In this document: positions 7,137 to 17,065 of the stretch, piece by piece
How positions within the stretch are numbered: position 1 is the stretch's first letter
How the letters are laid out: each line of letters opens with the position of its first letter
NCBI GenBank assembly: GCA_037137755.1
Contig: JBAXJR010000041.1
Span: 1-20,974 of the forward strand
Reading direction: 5' to 3'
From: Methanomicrobiales archaeon
GTDB taxonomy: Archaea; Halobacteriota; Methanomicrobia; Methanomicrobiales; Methanospirillaceae
DNA length: 20,974 nucleotides
The notes under the pieces: model-generated
What the model saw: only the letters and a program-made list of their open reading frames with translations
What the model was told of the DNA's origin: nothing
Databases searched by the model: none
Made by a program: the position numbers and the translations under genes

Positions 7137-8429
7137 TTACACAACTTTCCTCTTCCGGTAGAAGAATACGTAATACAGTGCCCCGATGACCCCGGCAATA
7201 ATAATCGTTACAAGGATTGGATTGGATACAACCAGTCCGATCCCTGACCGGCTAATCACGTTGATCTTTACCTTCATAGGATCAGAAATATGCGTTGCAT
7301 CAAGGGCATCGCGGTACCGAATCTCGGAATCGAGCCCATATTCTTTCTTTGTGGCGGCCTTGTCCACACTCAGCTGGAAATGGGCTGTTGCATGGTCACC
7401 AGGTTTCAGGTCACCCAGGAAGGCAATATCATCAGTACTGGTGAAGGGGTCGAGGGTGCTAATCCTCGCCTGAGCACTGTAGACCGTCGCTGCACCCGTG
7501 TTCTCATATTCGATATTGAACACACCGCCGGTCCCCGGATAGACCGTAATTGGATCTGATACGATAGTCAGATCAACCTTTCCACCAACCTGTACGCCCA
7601 CAGTTACCGGGTCCGATGTCACCGTATCCCCATCCCTGTTCTCATACACAACAATCATATTCACAGGATAGGTCTTTGCACCGGCATCTTTTGTGACCGT
7701 TACTTTGTATCGGGTGGTTACGGTGCTGTTCGGGGGAAAATCACCGATGTAAACGCTGCTGTCAACCGGGACAACAGGGCTTGAACTGTCTCTGACGATC
7801 TTGATAACCGCGTTCTTCCCGTTCTCAAAACCCTTGTTTTTAATGATCAGGTTCAGGTAACCATCATTGCCGGCATTCAGATGTTCAGGTTCAACGTTGA
7901 GTACTTCTAACGTGACCAGCGGCTTGATTTTTACCGGTAACTGGAAGGTCTCAGTTTTCTGCCGGTAGTGGTAGATCATGCTGTCACTTCCGACCTGTTC
8001 CGCATTATCAAGATAGGTGTAGTTCAATTCCAGTGGGAGCATATATTCCCCAGGTGGTGCATCACTGCTGATCCGGGCAATAAATGGAACGGGTATTGAG
8101 GCTCCACCTGTGATATCCCCTACCATCTGCGGGTCTGATTTTATAACCAGAGGCGCGGCACCGCTTCCAAGACTGACCGTCGTCAGCTTTGCAGTATTAG
8201 GCTGATCTGTAGGACTGGCAATCGCGGACTGGATAATTTTTATGTCATTCAACCCCTTGTTTTGGACGATAACCGTAATGGTCGCATCTTTTCCCTGACT
8301 GAATTCATTGATCCCGGATATCGTTGCCGTGAGATCGGGAGACCCTGACATGTATTTTGTCCCTGCCATTACCGGACTAGTGAAAAATACCAGTAGAATT
8401 GCGATTATTAAAATATACTGCGTTTTCAT
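7137..8429 (-). CDS. COG1361-type S-layer domain protein (secreted, repeated Ig-like domains, C-terminal TM anchor)
   Basis: Signal peptide, repeated 'NxG...IGDFPP/LGDLKPG' modules, YGLDSEIRYRDALD, and a hydrophobic C-terminus followed by RKRK. Confidence 0.85.
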   Translation of the reverse strand: MKTQYILIIAILLVFFTSPVMAGTKYMSGSPDLTATISGINEFSQGKDATITVIVQNKGLNDIKIIQSAIASPTDQPNTAKLTTVSLGSGAAPLVIKSDPQMVGDITGGASIPVPFIARISSDAPPGEYMLPLELNYTYLDNAEQVGSDSMIYHYRQKTETFQLPVKIKPLVTLEVLNVEPEHLNAGNDGYLNLIIKNKGFENGKNAVIKIVRDSSSPVVPVDSSVYIGDFPPNSTVTTRYKVTVTKDAGAKTYPVNMIVVYENRDGDTVTSDPVTVGVQVGGKVDLTIVSDPITVYPGTGGVFNIEYENTGAATVYSAQARISTLDPFTSTDDIAFLGDLKPGDHATAHFQLSVDKAATKKEYGLDSEIRYRDALDATHISDPMKVKINVISRSGIGLVVSNPILVTIIIAGVIGALYYVFFYRKRKVV

Positions 8430-8718
8430 GCCATATCACTTGTTGTTATTGTTGTAACAACATTTGTTTGCAGATAATATTAATACCTTGTTTTCTATGC
8501 AGTGGGTTTGATGTTGCAGTATCTACGCAGATTTTATTGTTTTTTTAGGGGCATTTCAATCGATACCCGGATCCAAAAAAAATGGAAAGAGTAGACCTAT
8601 CAATTAAGACCCGAAAAACCTGTTAATTCAAGGAAAAATGCCAGCACTACTTGATGAACGCAGATAACCGGCGGATGTCAAGAACCATATATACCTGGAT
8701 GACATGGTGAATAGTATC

Positions 8719-9054
8719 ATGACAACCAGTAACCCGGGCGACCTTATCGGAAAAATCTTTGACCCTGCAGAACTCATCGCCTACCAGGACGGGGCGGTAG
8801 TGAGCCGGACCATCGTATTCCAGAAAAGCGGCACAATCACCCTGTTCGCATTTGATGCAAATGAAGGTCTTTCTGAACACACCGCCCCGTTTGATGCCGT
8901 GGTACAGGTCCTTGACGGGAATGTTGAGATTATAATATCTGGTGAATTATTCACCCTTGGACAGGGGCAGATGATCATCATGCCAGCCAATCGGCCTCAC
9001 GCCCTGAAAGCGCTGTCAAAATTCAAAATGATACTCACAATGATCCACGCGTAA
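8719..9054 (+). CDS. Cupin domain protein
   Basis: Motifs TLFAFDANEGLSEHTAPFDA and MPANRPHAL. A GGTGA RBS at 8706-8710 favours ATG 8719 over 8704. Confidence 0.9.
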   Translation: MTTSNPGDLIGKIFDPAELIAYQDGAVVSRTIVFQKSGTITLFAFDANEGLSEHTAPFDAVVQVLDGNVEIIISGELFTLGQGQMIIMPANRPHALKALSKFKMILTMIHA

Positions 9055-9212
9055 CGATTCTGAAAAGGTCGTTGAGATCCCGATGGGGGTCAAAGGGATT
9101 CAATATTGTGTGATTGGGACCCGGGTATCACTGCGATATTTCCCTTAACAACGCATGATAGTGCAGAATCAGGAGTATCCAGCTATTTGCACAAACTATC
9201 TGGATAATTTGA

Positions 9213-9614
9213 CTATCCGTACCCTGTTATGTCATAATTGATTTCGGTCCTGTTCTTTGCGCAGGATTCCCCGTGTTCAAGGACTTCTTCGACCACTTTT
9301 TTAAGAATAGCCGGATACACCGCCCCGACAAGTTCGGATACCGGTTTTCCGCTGCAAAAAAATTTGAATGTAGGAGTCCCACGGACACCGTATTTTTCTG
9401 CAGTCCATTGGTTCGTGAGAATATTCAACCGCGCAAATACGATGGTTTCTTTAAATTCATTCGCATACTGGATGAAAAAAGGCTCCATTGTATGACAGTA
9501 TGAACAGTTCGGCGAATAGAACATTACAACGATAGGTTTTTCTCCCTTTTCGATTGTTTTCTCCCATGTCCGGTCATCGACCTCAACGAGTTCTCCTTCC
9601 TCCAACCCAATCAC
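9213..9614 (-). CDS. Thioredoxin-family protein
   Basis: CxxC motif (FYSPNCSYC) and cis-Pro motif (GVRGTPTF). GTG start. Confidence 0.9.
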   Translation of the reverse strand: MIGLEEGELVEVDDRTWEKTIEKGEKPIVVMFYSPNCSYCHTMEPFFIQYANEFKETIVFARLNILTNQWTAEKYGVRGTPTFKFFCSGKPVSELVGAVYPAILKKVVEEVLEHGESCAKNRTEINYDITGYG

Positions 9615-9702
9615 CAGTAATGCTGGGTATTGGATCAGGAAGGTTGAATAGTTAACCCACCCCTTCCCCCTGATCGATCAATGAAACAATATATTGATCT
9701 CG

Positions 9703-9945
9703 CTATAAATGGTGCTTTAATTAATTGTGCATAATTGCGCCAATGTCGCATTCGGCTGACTCCAACGAGAGAACTGCACCTGAACAGCTTGTCCGAGGTC
9801 AGAAAACGCAGGGGAATATCGATTATATGTAGCTTTTTGCCTGGTCTGTTTCCACACTTGTTCGATTGGATTCAATTGAGGGCTATATGGTGGGAGAAAG
9901 TCGAGAACAATTTCCTCTTTGTGCTCATTCAACCAAGGGCGGGTA
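9703..9945 (-). mobile_element. IS630-family transposase 3' fragment with the element end
   Basis: LDFLPPYSPQLNPIEQVWK is the DDE_3 signature. The sequence ends ...ATTTATAG after the stop. The upstream DNxxxH motif is missing. Confidence 0.88.
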
Positions 9946-10113
9946 GCGTAAGGATCATTTTTGTAAAAACGAAGCTTCGATCCTCACATAATCGATTATT
10001 CTTCATAGGTAAAAAACGAACGAATCGACTCCATAAGATTCGGCACTATTTCCTATGCACCATCAAAACCATCCGCTAATGAAGCATAATCATTCCATTT
10101 GGTTGAAATTCGT

Positions 10114-10207
10114 TATTGAACCGCCGACGGGGCGTCCTTCGGCGGCGGCGGCGCTATCTTATCTTAATCCGCTCATTCAACAAATGTTATTTCTGCACGA
10201 GTTAATT
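10114..10207 (-). mobile_element. Short MITE-like repeat abutting or interrupting the IS256 3' end
   Basis: Begins ATTAACTCGTGCAG on the minus strand; the same 14-mer occurs at 16833-16846. Contains a GC hairpin, CCGCCGA-N11-TCGGCGG (10121-10145). Confidence 0.5.
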
Positions 10208-11122
10208 TGCCCATTAACCGGCCCTGACTCCTCGACTTCGTTCATATTCAGATAGCGTTTACTGGTGATCCATTCCTCATTCATTTCCATCAATATCGAA
10301 CCAATTAGTCGTATCACAGAATTCTGATTTGGAAAAGCCCCCACAACTTTACTTCGGCGTTTAATCTCCACATTGACCCGTTCTACCATATTCGTGGTAC
10401 GAATCCTTCTCCAATGACTCTTTGGAAATGCCCGATAGTTACCCAGATCAAACACGAACCCCCAACTGTACTAGCAGCTTTTTAAATACCCCCGTCTCTC
10501 TAGTTCCCCCGCAATCAATCCCAAATCATCTTCATTTCCATCCAGGGCCGCTTTAATCATCGGGATGACAACAGGATATGTGCTTTTTGGAAGATTCAGC
10601 ATAACGGCACGAAGGAAGTGAACATGGCGAAACTGCCAACTTGTGCCAGGAAATGCTCGCAGAAGCGCTTTCCGTATACCTCGGTGGCCGTCGGAAGTAA
10701 CGAGTTGCACACCGCATAGACCCCGGTCCATAAGATCCTCAAACAACGACAACCAGAACCCCTCATCTTCACTATCAACTACTCAAATGCCGAGAATTTC
10801 CCTATATCCGTCTTCTCTGACACCTACTATAAGCAAAATCGTCTGATTGATATACCGGCACCCGCATCGTACCTTTAGATACGTCGCATCTACAATCAAA
10901 TACGTGTGAACGGGGGATCGTTGATAGCGGCCTGCTCCTACCTGCTGCTCAGCTTCATACTCTATTACCAGGTTGAGAAAAAATGTCAACAGTGATTTTA
11001 ATCCGCTATCCTAATCGTCAAAATATTGTCCTACAAAGTCTAATAGTTCCATGACACCGTCCTCCTTGGTTGGTCCTAAGGATACGGGGTCTCATAATTT
11101 ACAGAACTTTTCTTACACTATC
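10208..11122 (-). mobile_element. IS256-family element, pseudogenised transposase (ATG at 11052)
   Basis: Motifs GAGRYQRS, YLIVDATYLKVR, LVTSDGHRG, WQFRHVHF and RRIRTTNMVERVNVEIKRRSKVVGAFPN. Has internal stops and a large internal deletion. The terminal repeat GATAGTGTAAGAAAAGTTCTGTAAATT lies at 11096-11122. Confidence 0.92.
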
Positions 11123-11302
11123 ATTGCCGGGACTATACCATAGAGAAGTGCTTATATACATATCTTGATAATAAAATAACTAGTTTTGTGGGTTTTTTTT
11201 ACCAATTAAACCCCCTGATAGCTGCCAATCGGTTATATGGTAAAGACCTGGGACACTTGAGAAGTCAGGACTCCGAAGAAATCCGGAATCAGGATTGCAG
11301 GT

Positions 11303-12541
11303 ATGGGAATTCGATTTTTCCGCGGCCAGAAGACAAAATTCGAACACGAGCACCACCAGCTCAAAGAGGTAGCCCGGATTGTCGCGAAAGAATTTCCGGA
11401 TGAACCGGTGTACCTCCTGACCAACGTCCTTATAGCAAACGGGGAACTTGACTGCGTGGTTCTCACCCGGCATGGCCCGCTAATTCTCGACCTGAAGGCA
11501 TTTTCCGGGACTATCCACGGGTCGGAAAATGGAAAATGGCAGGTCGAAACAAAGGACGGGGTGCATACACTCCCGAACCTGTTCATCCAGTCAAAAATCC
11601 ACCGCCAGGACTTTATTGACAAGATGATCATGATCTGCCGGGCCCATTTCACTCATATCGGTGAGATTAACTTAAAAAAAATAGGTTCATGGGTATATTT
11701 CTGCAAGGGGAGTGTTTACCCGGAAGGACAGATTGATTTCCGGAGGGTGAAATGGTTCCGTGTTGTAACAACGGAAAGTCTCCCGGAAAAACTCCGTTTT
11801 ATTGATGCCGGTTACACCCTGCGTCCTGAAGATATGGATGCCATTGTCATGGACCTTCACCTCCAAGAGTACTCGTTTTCAACAGACAAGGATATCGTAC
11901 CGTCCGCCACCGGTAAATCCAAAGGTCTCCTGGGGACTAACCGGCGGAAAATTTTTGTGGCTGCGATGATTATAGTTGCACTGGTCCTTATTATTCCGGG
12001 AATGTACCTGATGGTAACCGATACGGCTACCGGGGCCGTAACTGCCAGCGGGTCCCTTTTGCAGTCGGTCTCAAAAGATACACTCAAGAGTGCTTCAAGG
12101 CCATCTGACTCATCGGATGCACTGGCATATCTCAACCAGCTACGGGAACAGGACGAAAGAAAACCGTTATATTTTGATGAACGGCTCTATAATCTCTCCC
12201 TTGTCCGTGCAAAGGACATGCAGCAATATGAGTACCTTGCCTATGTCAACCCTAAAACAGGTACCTGTGCGAACTCTCTTAAGACCAGGTACGGTCTCTC
12301 AGTCGATGAAAACGTGGTTGAGAGTGCCTATGGCCAGTGGAACGGGTACACCCGGGGCATTGAAAGGCAGGCTATTGATTCATGGATGAAAGAACCCGAG
12401 AACAGGTACCAGCTACTCAGGAATTATAGCGCGGGGGCCATCTCATGTTCTGGTGGTTACTGCTCATTTATTGGCATGAATTCGGACCGGACAGGGAACG
12501 AATGCCAGACGGGACCATCAGGCATGAATATGACCTCCTGA
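11303..12541 (+). CDS. NERD (PD-(D/E)xK nuclease-related) domain + single TM helix + CAP/SCP domain fusion
   Basis: NERD: EHE...LLTNVLIANGELDCVVLTRHGPLILDLKAFSGTIHG...W. TM: RRKIFVAAMIIVALVLIIPGMYLMV. CAP: YLNQLR...PLYFDERL...RAKDM...AIDSWM...RYQLL. Confidence 0.8.
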   Translation: MGIRFFRGQKTKFEHEHHQLKEVARIVAKEFPDEPVYLLTNVLIANGELDCVVLTRHGPLILDLKAFSGTIHGSENGKWQVETKDGVHTLPNLFIQSKIHRQDFIDKMIMICRAHFTHIGEINLKKIGSWVYFCKGSVYPEGQIDFRRVKWFRVVTTESLPEKLRFIDAGYTLRPEDMDAIVMDLHLQEYSFSTDKDIVPSATGKSKGLLGTNRRKIFVAAMIIVALVLIIPGMYLMVTDTATGAVTASGSLLQSVSKDTLKSASRPSDSSDALAYLNQLREQDERKPLYFDERLYNLSLVRAKDMQQYEYLAYVNPKTGTCANSLKTRYGLSVDENVVESAYGQWNGYTRGIERQAIDSWMKEPENRYQLLRNYSAGAISCSGGYCSFIGMNSDRTGNECQTGPSGMNMTS

Positions 12542-12545
12542 TATC

Positions 12546-12826
12546 AGCCCGGTTGAAAAGGCACTTTTTTTGTCCATTCAATCTTCTGGCAGAATGAAGT
12601 GGTAACCCTTTGTTCTTCCCCTGGTCCATTGGAAATGATATGGACTTGACCTCCACCCCAACCATTGCCCCCAATACGATACGTTTTGGGCAGTGCTCAA
12701 CTACTATATTCCTAAAAATTTCAGAAAGCAGGGTTGTACCCCCATCCCGACCGGAGTTGCCAGTGCGGCGGGCGATTGATCCCCCGGGGAGCGTGATTAA
12801 CTATTGGAATGCCCCTATTTACAGTT
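12546..12826. repeat. Degenerate MITE-like intergenic element
   Basis: Its left end CCCGGTTGAAAAGG resembles the terminal repeat at 6949-6963. Internal imperfect hairpin at 12663-12695. The right end is poorly conserved. Confidence 0.3.
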
Positions 12827-12908
12827 AGATTTGAGTGGATGTAAAAAAAGGCAAAAAAAACAGGTGAAGTGTCCGACCATCATCACCATCGCAGCGATAA
12901 AAAAAAGG

Positions 12909-13799
12909 TCAGAATTTTCTGGCTGCAATAAACAGCCCAAAAATTCCCAGTGCACAACATGGCAGGAGGATTGATCCTGCCGCTTTGGTCGTGGGAATGG
13001 TCGTTACCGGCACCTTGGAAGGTGGGGTGGTGATCATTGCGGTAACCGCCGGCGTTGCAGGGGTTATAAGGGGTGTTACGGTTGGAGCAGGCGCTGCAAG
13101 CCCCTGGTTCACATGAATAATGAACGTTGAGACCGGTTGCAGACCTACCATTCCTGCCTTACCTGGGCATTTTTCTGCAAGTCCCTGCCCCTGTACAAAC
13201 GTGATTATTACACTTGAATTATCGTTCCGCCTGTTATAAACGACTTTCTCCCCCCGTCCGAGAGTCTTTTGAAGGACGGTCAGGTCTGTACTATTCAGGG
13301 TGACGGCTGCGGATAACGCATTACAGACCGATCCTGTGCAGTTACCACATTCTGGGGTAGTAGAATACACAAAGTAGTAATCAGCTGCAAGATTCACCGG
13401 CAACGAATCAGGGTCACCTATAATATCCGTTGCAAGCCAGTTCTCGATACCTGGTGTCGGGAAGACCTTCGCCACGCCAATCCAGGTGCCGCCAGATCCG
13501 CCCATGCTCGTGGCAACGACCGGGTCACCCGCTTTCAGGACGGTAAACACCGCAGGGTCCGGCACGGTACCTGTCAGGTTTTCCGGGGTTGCCGGATTCC
13601 AACTGCACGCTGAAGTATTGTTGGCAAAGGTACACCCATAGGTATACCCTGCATTCACCGTGATTGTTCCTGCAGACTGGTTCATGGAGACCATTGTACC
13701 ACGGAATACTATCTCCTGGACCACCGCCGATACCGGTGCAACGGCAAGGATTATCACCGCTGCTGCAATGAACAAGGTTACAACTAGATGTTTTTTCAT
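12909..13799 (-). CDS. Secreted Cys-containing surface protein with a Pro/Thr linker and C-terminal membrane anchor
   Basis: Signal peptide (AVAPVSA), many NxS/T sequons, a PT-rich tail, and TTKAAG followed by a hydrophobic helix and RKF. Confidence 0.8.
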   Translation of the reverse strand: MKKHLVVTLFIAAAVIILAVAPVSAVVQEIVFRGTMVSMNQSAGTITVNAGYTYGCTFANNTSACSWNPATPENLTGTVPDPAVFTVLKAGDPVVATSMGGSGGTWIGVAKVFPTPGIENWLATDIIGDPDSLPVNLAADYYFVYSTTPECGNCTGSVCNALSAAVTLNSTDLTVLQKTLGRGEKVVYNRRNDNSSVIITFVQGQGLAEKCPGKAGMVGLQPVSTFIIHVNQGLAAPAPTVTPLITPATPAVTAMITTPPSKVPVTTIPTTKAAGSILLPCCALGIFGLFIAARKF

Positions 13800-13916
13800 G
13801 ACGATCCACTCTGTTCTGAAGTGTCTTTTTTATCGCGGATAAAATCCGTTGAATGGTGGATTGTCGGGAGTAGATAAAAATGAATTCTATTTTACCTGGC
13901 ATAGCAACCATCGGGA

Positions 13917-14819
13917 TTAGAGATGACCCCGGTCAAAACCCTGGCGGAGTGTTTCATCACCAAACCAGACAACCTGCTGTGGGAATGCAATCTGGATACC
14001 ATTGGTTTCCAGCGTTTTTTTAACCTCCTGGAGAATACTGGTCTTAAAAGATGCTCCATCGATTGTATTAATCCATGTTGACGGAAGCCAGAGCCTGAAC
14101 TTGATCTGCACACTTGAAGAATCAAATGAGGATACAAATACTTCCGGGGGTGGATTTTTCAGGATGTGCGTGTATCCGTCAAAAAGTTTCTCCAGTATTT
14201 CAACTGCTTTTTCTACATCGTCCTCATACCTGATACCAACATCGTAATCGTACCGACGGGCAGCATTCGCATAATAATTGTAAACATCCGTCGTGTAGAT
14301 CTCATCGTTAGGGACCCTGACATAGACCCCGTTATCTGTCCTTAACACTGTGGAAAGGAGCCGAATCTCCTCAACAGTACCTGATCTTGTTCCAATCTCA
14401 ACGAAATCACCGATTCTGATTGGGTGGTCGTAGAACAAGGCAATACCCGCAACAAAATCAGTAAGGATCTTTGCGCTTGAAAATGCAATAGCCACGATAA
14501 TACCTGCGATGATAAGCCCGACAAAGAACATCGAAGTTTCAAATACCGCCGGGGCAGCGATGAAAAACCCTATCAGGAATATTGCTACCCTGGCCAGCAA
14601 GGTCAGCAGGTTAAGGCGCTCTTTTTTCATCTGGTGCGAATACCGTTTCTTCAGGTAGATTGCAACGATCTTCCCGAGAATGAAGGCAACCGCGAGGATA
14701 ATGAAAAAGATAAGGACCTCTGCGATTGAGATGCGGCCGATAAAATCCGGCTCCGGCTCAAAATTCAGTTCCGGCATTGTCCTGTTAACAATTCCGGTAA
14801 GGATGTCAACAGGTGTCAT
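13917..14819 (-). CDS. mscS: Small-conductance mechanosensitive channel family protein
   Basis: Three TM segments; motifs PIRIGDFVEI, GTVEEIRLLST, VRVPN, VGIRYEDD and GIQIAFPQ. Confidence 0.93.
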   Translation of the reverse strand: MTPVDILTGIVNRTMPELNFEPEPDFIGRISIAEVLIFFIILAVAFILGKIVAIYLKKRYSHQMKKERLNLLTLLARVAIFLIGFFIAAPAVFETSMFFVGLIIAGIIVAIAFSSAKILTDFVAGIALFYDHPIRIGDFVEIGTRSGTVEEIRLLSTVLRTDNGVYVRVPNDEIYTTDVYNYYANAARRYDYDVGIRYEDDVEKAVEILEKLFDGYTHILKNPPPEVFVSSFDSSSVQIKFRLWLPSTWINTIDGASFKTSILQEVKKTLETNGIQIAFPQQVVWFGDETLRQGFDRGHL

Positions 14820-15523
14820 GAGATCCCCTGTTCCATTATGTAGCCTGACCGCTGGACAATTGGGATTTTCCTGGCCGTGTAGAGTTCAACCGAAGGAGTC
14901 AATGTAGTAATCAGCGGGCGGTGCAGGAACGAAGTTCTGGCAAGTTTCGGGTTCCAGATCTCCATTACTGCAGTCATTGAGACAATATCTCCATAATATA
15001 GGTGCATATCAATGTTCTGGAAAACTGCCCTGGAGACTTCGACCCAACCCGATCCCGAGTTCCCGAATCTAAGTTCTATAACTCCTTCACGCAGGGGATC
15101 AGTTTCCGGTAGTGCTGTATATACCCCGCTCCGGTACCATTTTGTAATACAGCCTGTTTCAGGTTGCCCGTAGAGCGAATACTTTGTGGTGGCAAGGGAG
15201 AATATATCCAGTACATCATAGTTGCCCCCTGATTCCAGGAACACCGCTGTCTCAACCGGGAATTTAAGGTATATAACCTGTTCATCACCGGGCCTGATAA
15301 CTACCGGATCAAATGAAATTTCCAGGTGGTTGGCAAGTCCGTCCGGCAGGTTCACTGGTTCAACCGGGTTGATGATAATGCTCCCGATGTCAGATACAAG
15401 ATTTTTCCGGACGCTTTTTCCGGAACATTCGCGAGTGTAATGCCGGTTTCCAGCGGGACCACTGATGGAGAGAGTGAGATCAGGGTCCTCGTAGGAGAAA
15501 TTTTCGTTGTAGGTCCCGTACAT
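14816..15523 (-). CDS. DUF432-family protein, translationally coupled to mscS
   Basis: Starts MYGTY; motifs INPVEPVNLP, YLKFPVE, LDIFS and KYSLYG. ATGA overlap with mscS. Confidence 0.8.
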   Translation of the reverse strand: MYGTYNENFSYEDPDLTLSISGPAGNRHYTRECSGKSVRKNLVSDIGSIIINPVEPVNLPDGLANHLEISFDPVVIRPGDEQVIYLKFPVETAVFLESGGNYDVLDIFSLATTKYSLYGQPETGCITKWYRSGVYTALPETDPLREGVIELRFGNSGSGWVEVSRAVFQNIDMHLYYGDIVSMTAVMEIWNPKLARTSFLHRPLITTLTPSVELYTARKIPIVQRSGYIMEQGIS

Positions 15524-15627
15524 TACTGATGTGTAACGTGTTTCTCACAATAAAATGATCCGTTGAAGGAATGAGATCGGAATCGTTGATAGCACGAATA
15601 GAGTAGTAGTCCCGGGAAATGGTAATG

Positions 15628-15673
15628 GGGGTCGCAATTTCCTGCCAAGCGACCCCACAAAAAAATATTTTTT
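15628..15673 (-). terminator. T-tract plus hairpin downstream of the META gene
   Basis: GGGGTCGC-N13-GCGACCCC (15628-15656) next to A- and T-runs. Confidence 0.5.
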
Positions 15674-15678
15674 TCTGA

Positions 15679-16188
15679 TTATCTCTGGTAGACCAGCATG
15701 CTGTTTAAGTTGTCTGTAATGGTCAGGCCATCACCGTTGACGGTGTATGTTTTTGCTTTCTGGAGGATCTGGAGATAGGTGGTTTCTGTATCACTCGTAG
15801 CTGCACAGAATTTCTGGGTGGATACAATTGGCCCGATTGTGATACCCATTCCGGTGTACAACTGCTGGCCCGACAGGGTGTACAGGGCGTTGTAGTTGTT
15901 GCAACCCGCGAACCCTACCACATTTCCCATGTTATCGAAGGTTGCGGTGATTTGCGTATTTGTGGGGAACGTGAATGCCGAACCGCCCTGGAGTACCATG
16001 GATTTTAAGTTCCATGTCCCGAGAAGAGTCTGGTCAGTTACCGTGACGGGTGTTGGTGCCGGTGTGGAGACAATAACGGTAGATGTCGGTGCAGGTGTTG
16101 CCGGTTGAACAGTAGTCGTGGTCGTACATCCGGCGAACAATACCACGAGGATCAGGCAGGCGATGCTGCATGCAGTAATTACTTTCAT
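15679..16188 (-). CDS. META (HslJ-like) domain lipoprotein
   Basis: Lipobox LFAGC and a Thr/Pro linker; motifs LLGTWNL, GFAGCNNY, STQKFC and ETTYLQIL. Confidence 0.9.
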   Translation of the reverse strand: MKVITACSIACLILVVLFAGCTTTTTVQPATPAPTSTVIVSTPAPTPVTVTDQTLLGTWNLKSMVLQGGSAFTFPTNTQITATFDNMGNVVGFAGCNNYNALYTLSGQQLYTGMGITIGPIVSTQKFCAATSDTETTYLQILQKAKTYTVNGDGLTITDNLNSMLVYQR

Positions 16189-16235
16189 ACTTTTCCTGTT
16201 ACCCTTATCCTTTTCAACCTTTCTCTAGCGATAGA

Positions 16236-16538
16236 GAATATGAGGGTGATCAGGACCAAAGAAATCTACAAGCAATTTGTTGGTCAATCGAGAATTATCA
16301 TCGTGCTTTGAAAGAATTATGTTGCATCGAGGATTGTAAAATCCCAAAAGAAGCAGGTCGAAGAAATCATATCAATTGTTCGATTCGTACTTTCATCCGA
16401 TTACAGGTCGCCAACAAAATTGATCGGATCACAATCTATGATGCAAAATGGCAGATTGTTAAATCGGCTATTTTTGAATAGTTAGAACATCCAAAATATG
16501 CACGCAAAATTTTTTTTAGAGGGTGCTGCGTAACTCCT
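16236..16538 (+). mobile_element. IS701-family transposase 3' fragment and element end (not in the ORF track)
   Basis: Frame 3 reads RNLQAICWSIENYHRALKELCCIEDCKI...RNHINCSIRTFIRL...IYDAKWQIVK, with a TAG at 16479. It ends in CTGCGTAACTCCT. Confidence 0.8.
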
Positions 16539-16832
16539 TTACAAGTCAGGATCTCGATCCACCTGTCAATCGCGAAAGGTTCAGGTCGGAGTGGTGGGCC
16601 TAACCGATGACACATGGATTTGCTCTTGAATGATCTGGCTGTAAAGGGTATAAAAAAGTTAGAACCGGGGTTTCCTGTGTTTAGGAAGGCATTCCTGACA
16701 GTAAACTGGTCTCCCTTCGGTGGGTTTGAAGGGCACTTCACATTCCTTACCACAATCTGAACAGACTGTCTTTGTCATCTCACGCGGGCCAAAATTCTTT
16801 GGACTCCCGTAGTTTCTTCTCTCATTCATTTG

Positions 16833-16869
16833 ATTAACTCGTGCAGGTTTATATACTGCATGTAGTAAT
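16833..16869. repeat. 37-bp imperfect hairpin sharing a 14-mer with the MITE-like repeat at 10193-10206
   Basis: ATTAACTCGTGCAG-GTTTATATA-CTGCATGTAGTAAT. Confidence 0.55.
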
Positions 16870-17065
16870 TAGCGGCACTAGTATAAAAAACAGGGGATGG
16901 GGTCTGGAAACCAGGGGAAATTGTAAGGAACATCAGCCTGTTAACAATCTGGGTGAGTGTTGGAATGTGCAACAAGGTAACTAAATTCGATCTGAACAAT
17001 TTTCCAGATTGCCGGACTGGCAGGAAATTTATGAGAATAAAAAATATTCTAGTAATTTCAACGAT

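Noticed and set aside
16436-16760. ORF 16436..16753 (-) and a 48-codon plus-strand ORF at 16614..16760
   Set aside because: No motifs. The first overlaps the IS701 relic in antisense.
16833-16869. Integron attC site
   Set aside because: It lacks proper RYYYAAC/GTTRRRY ends, is too short, and no cassette array is present.
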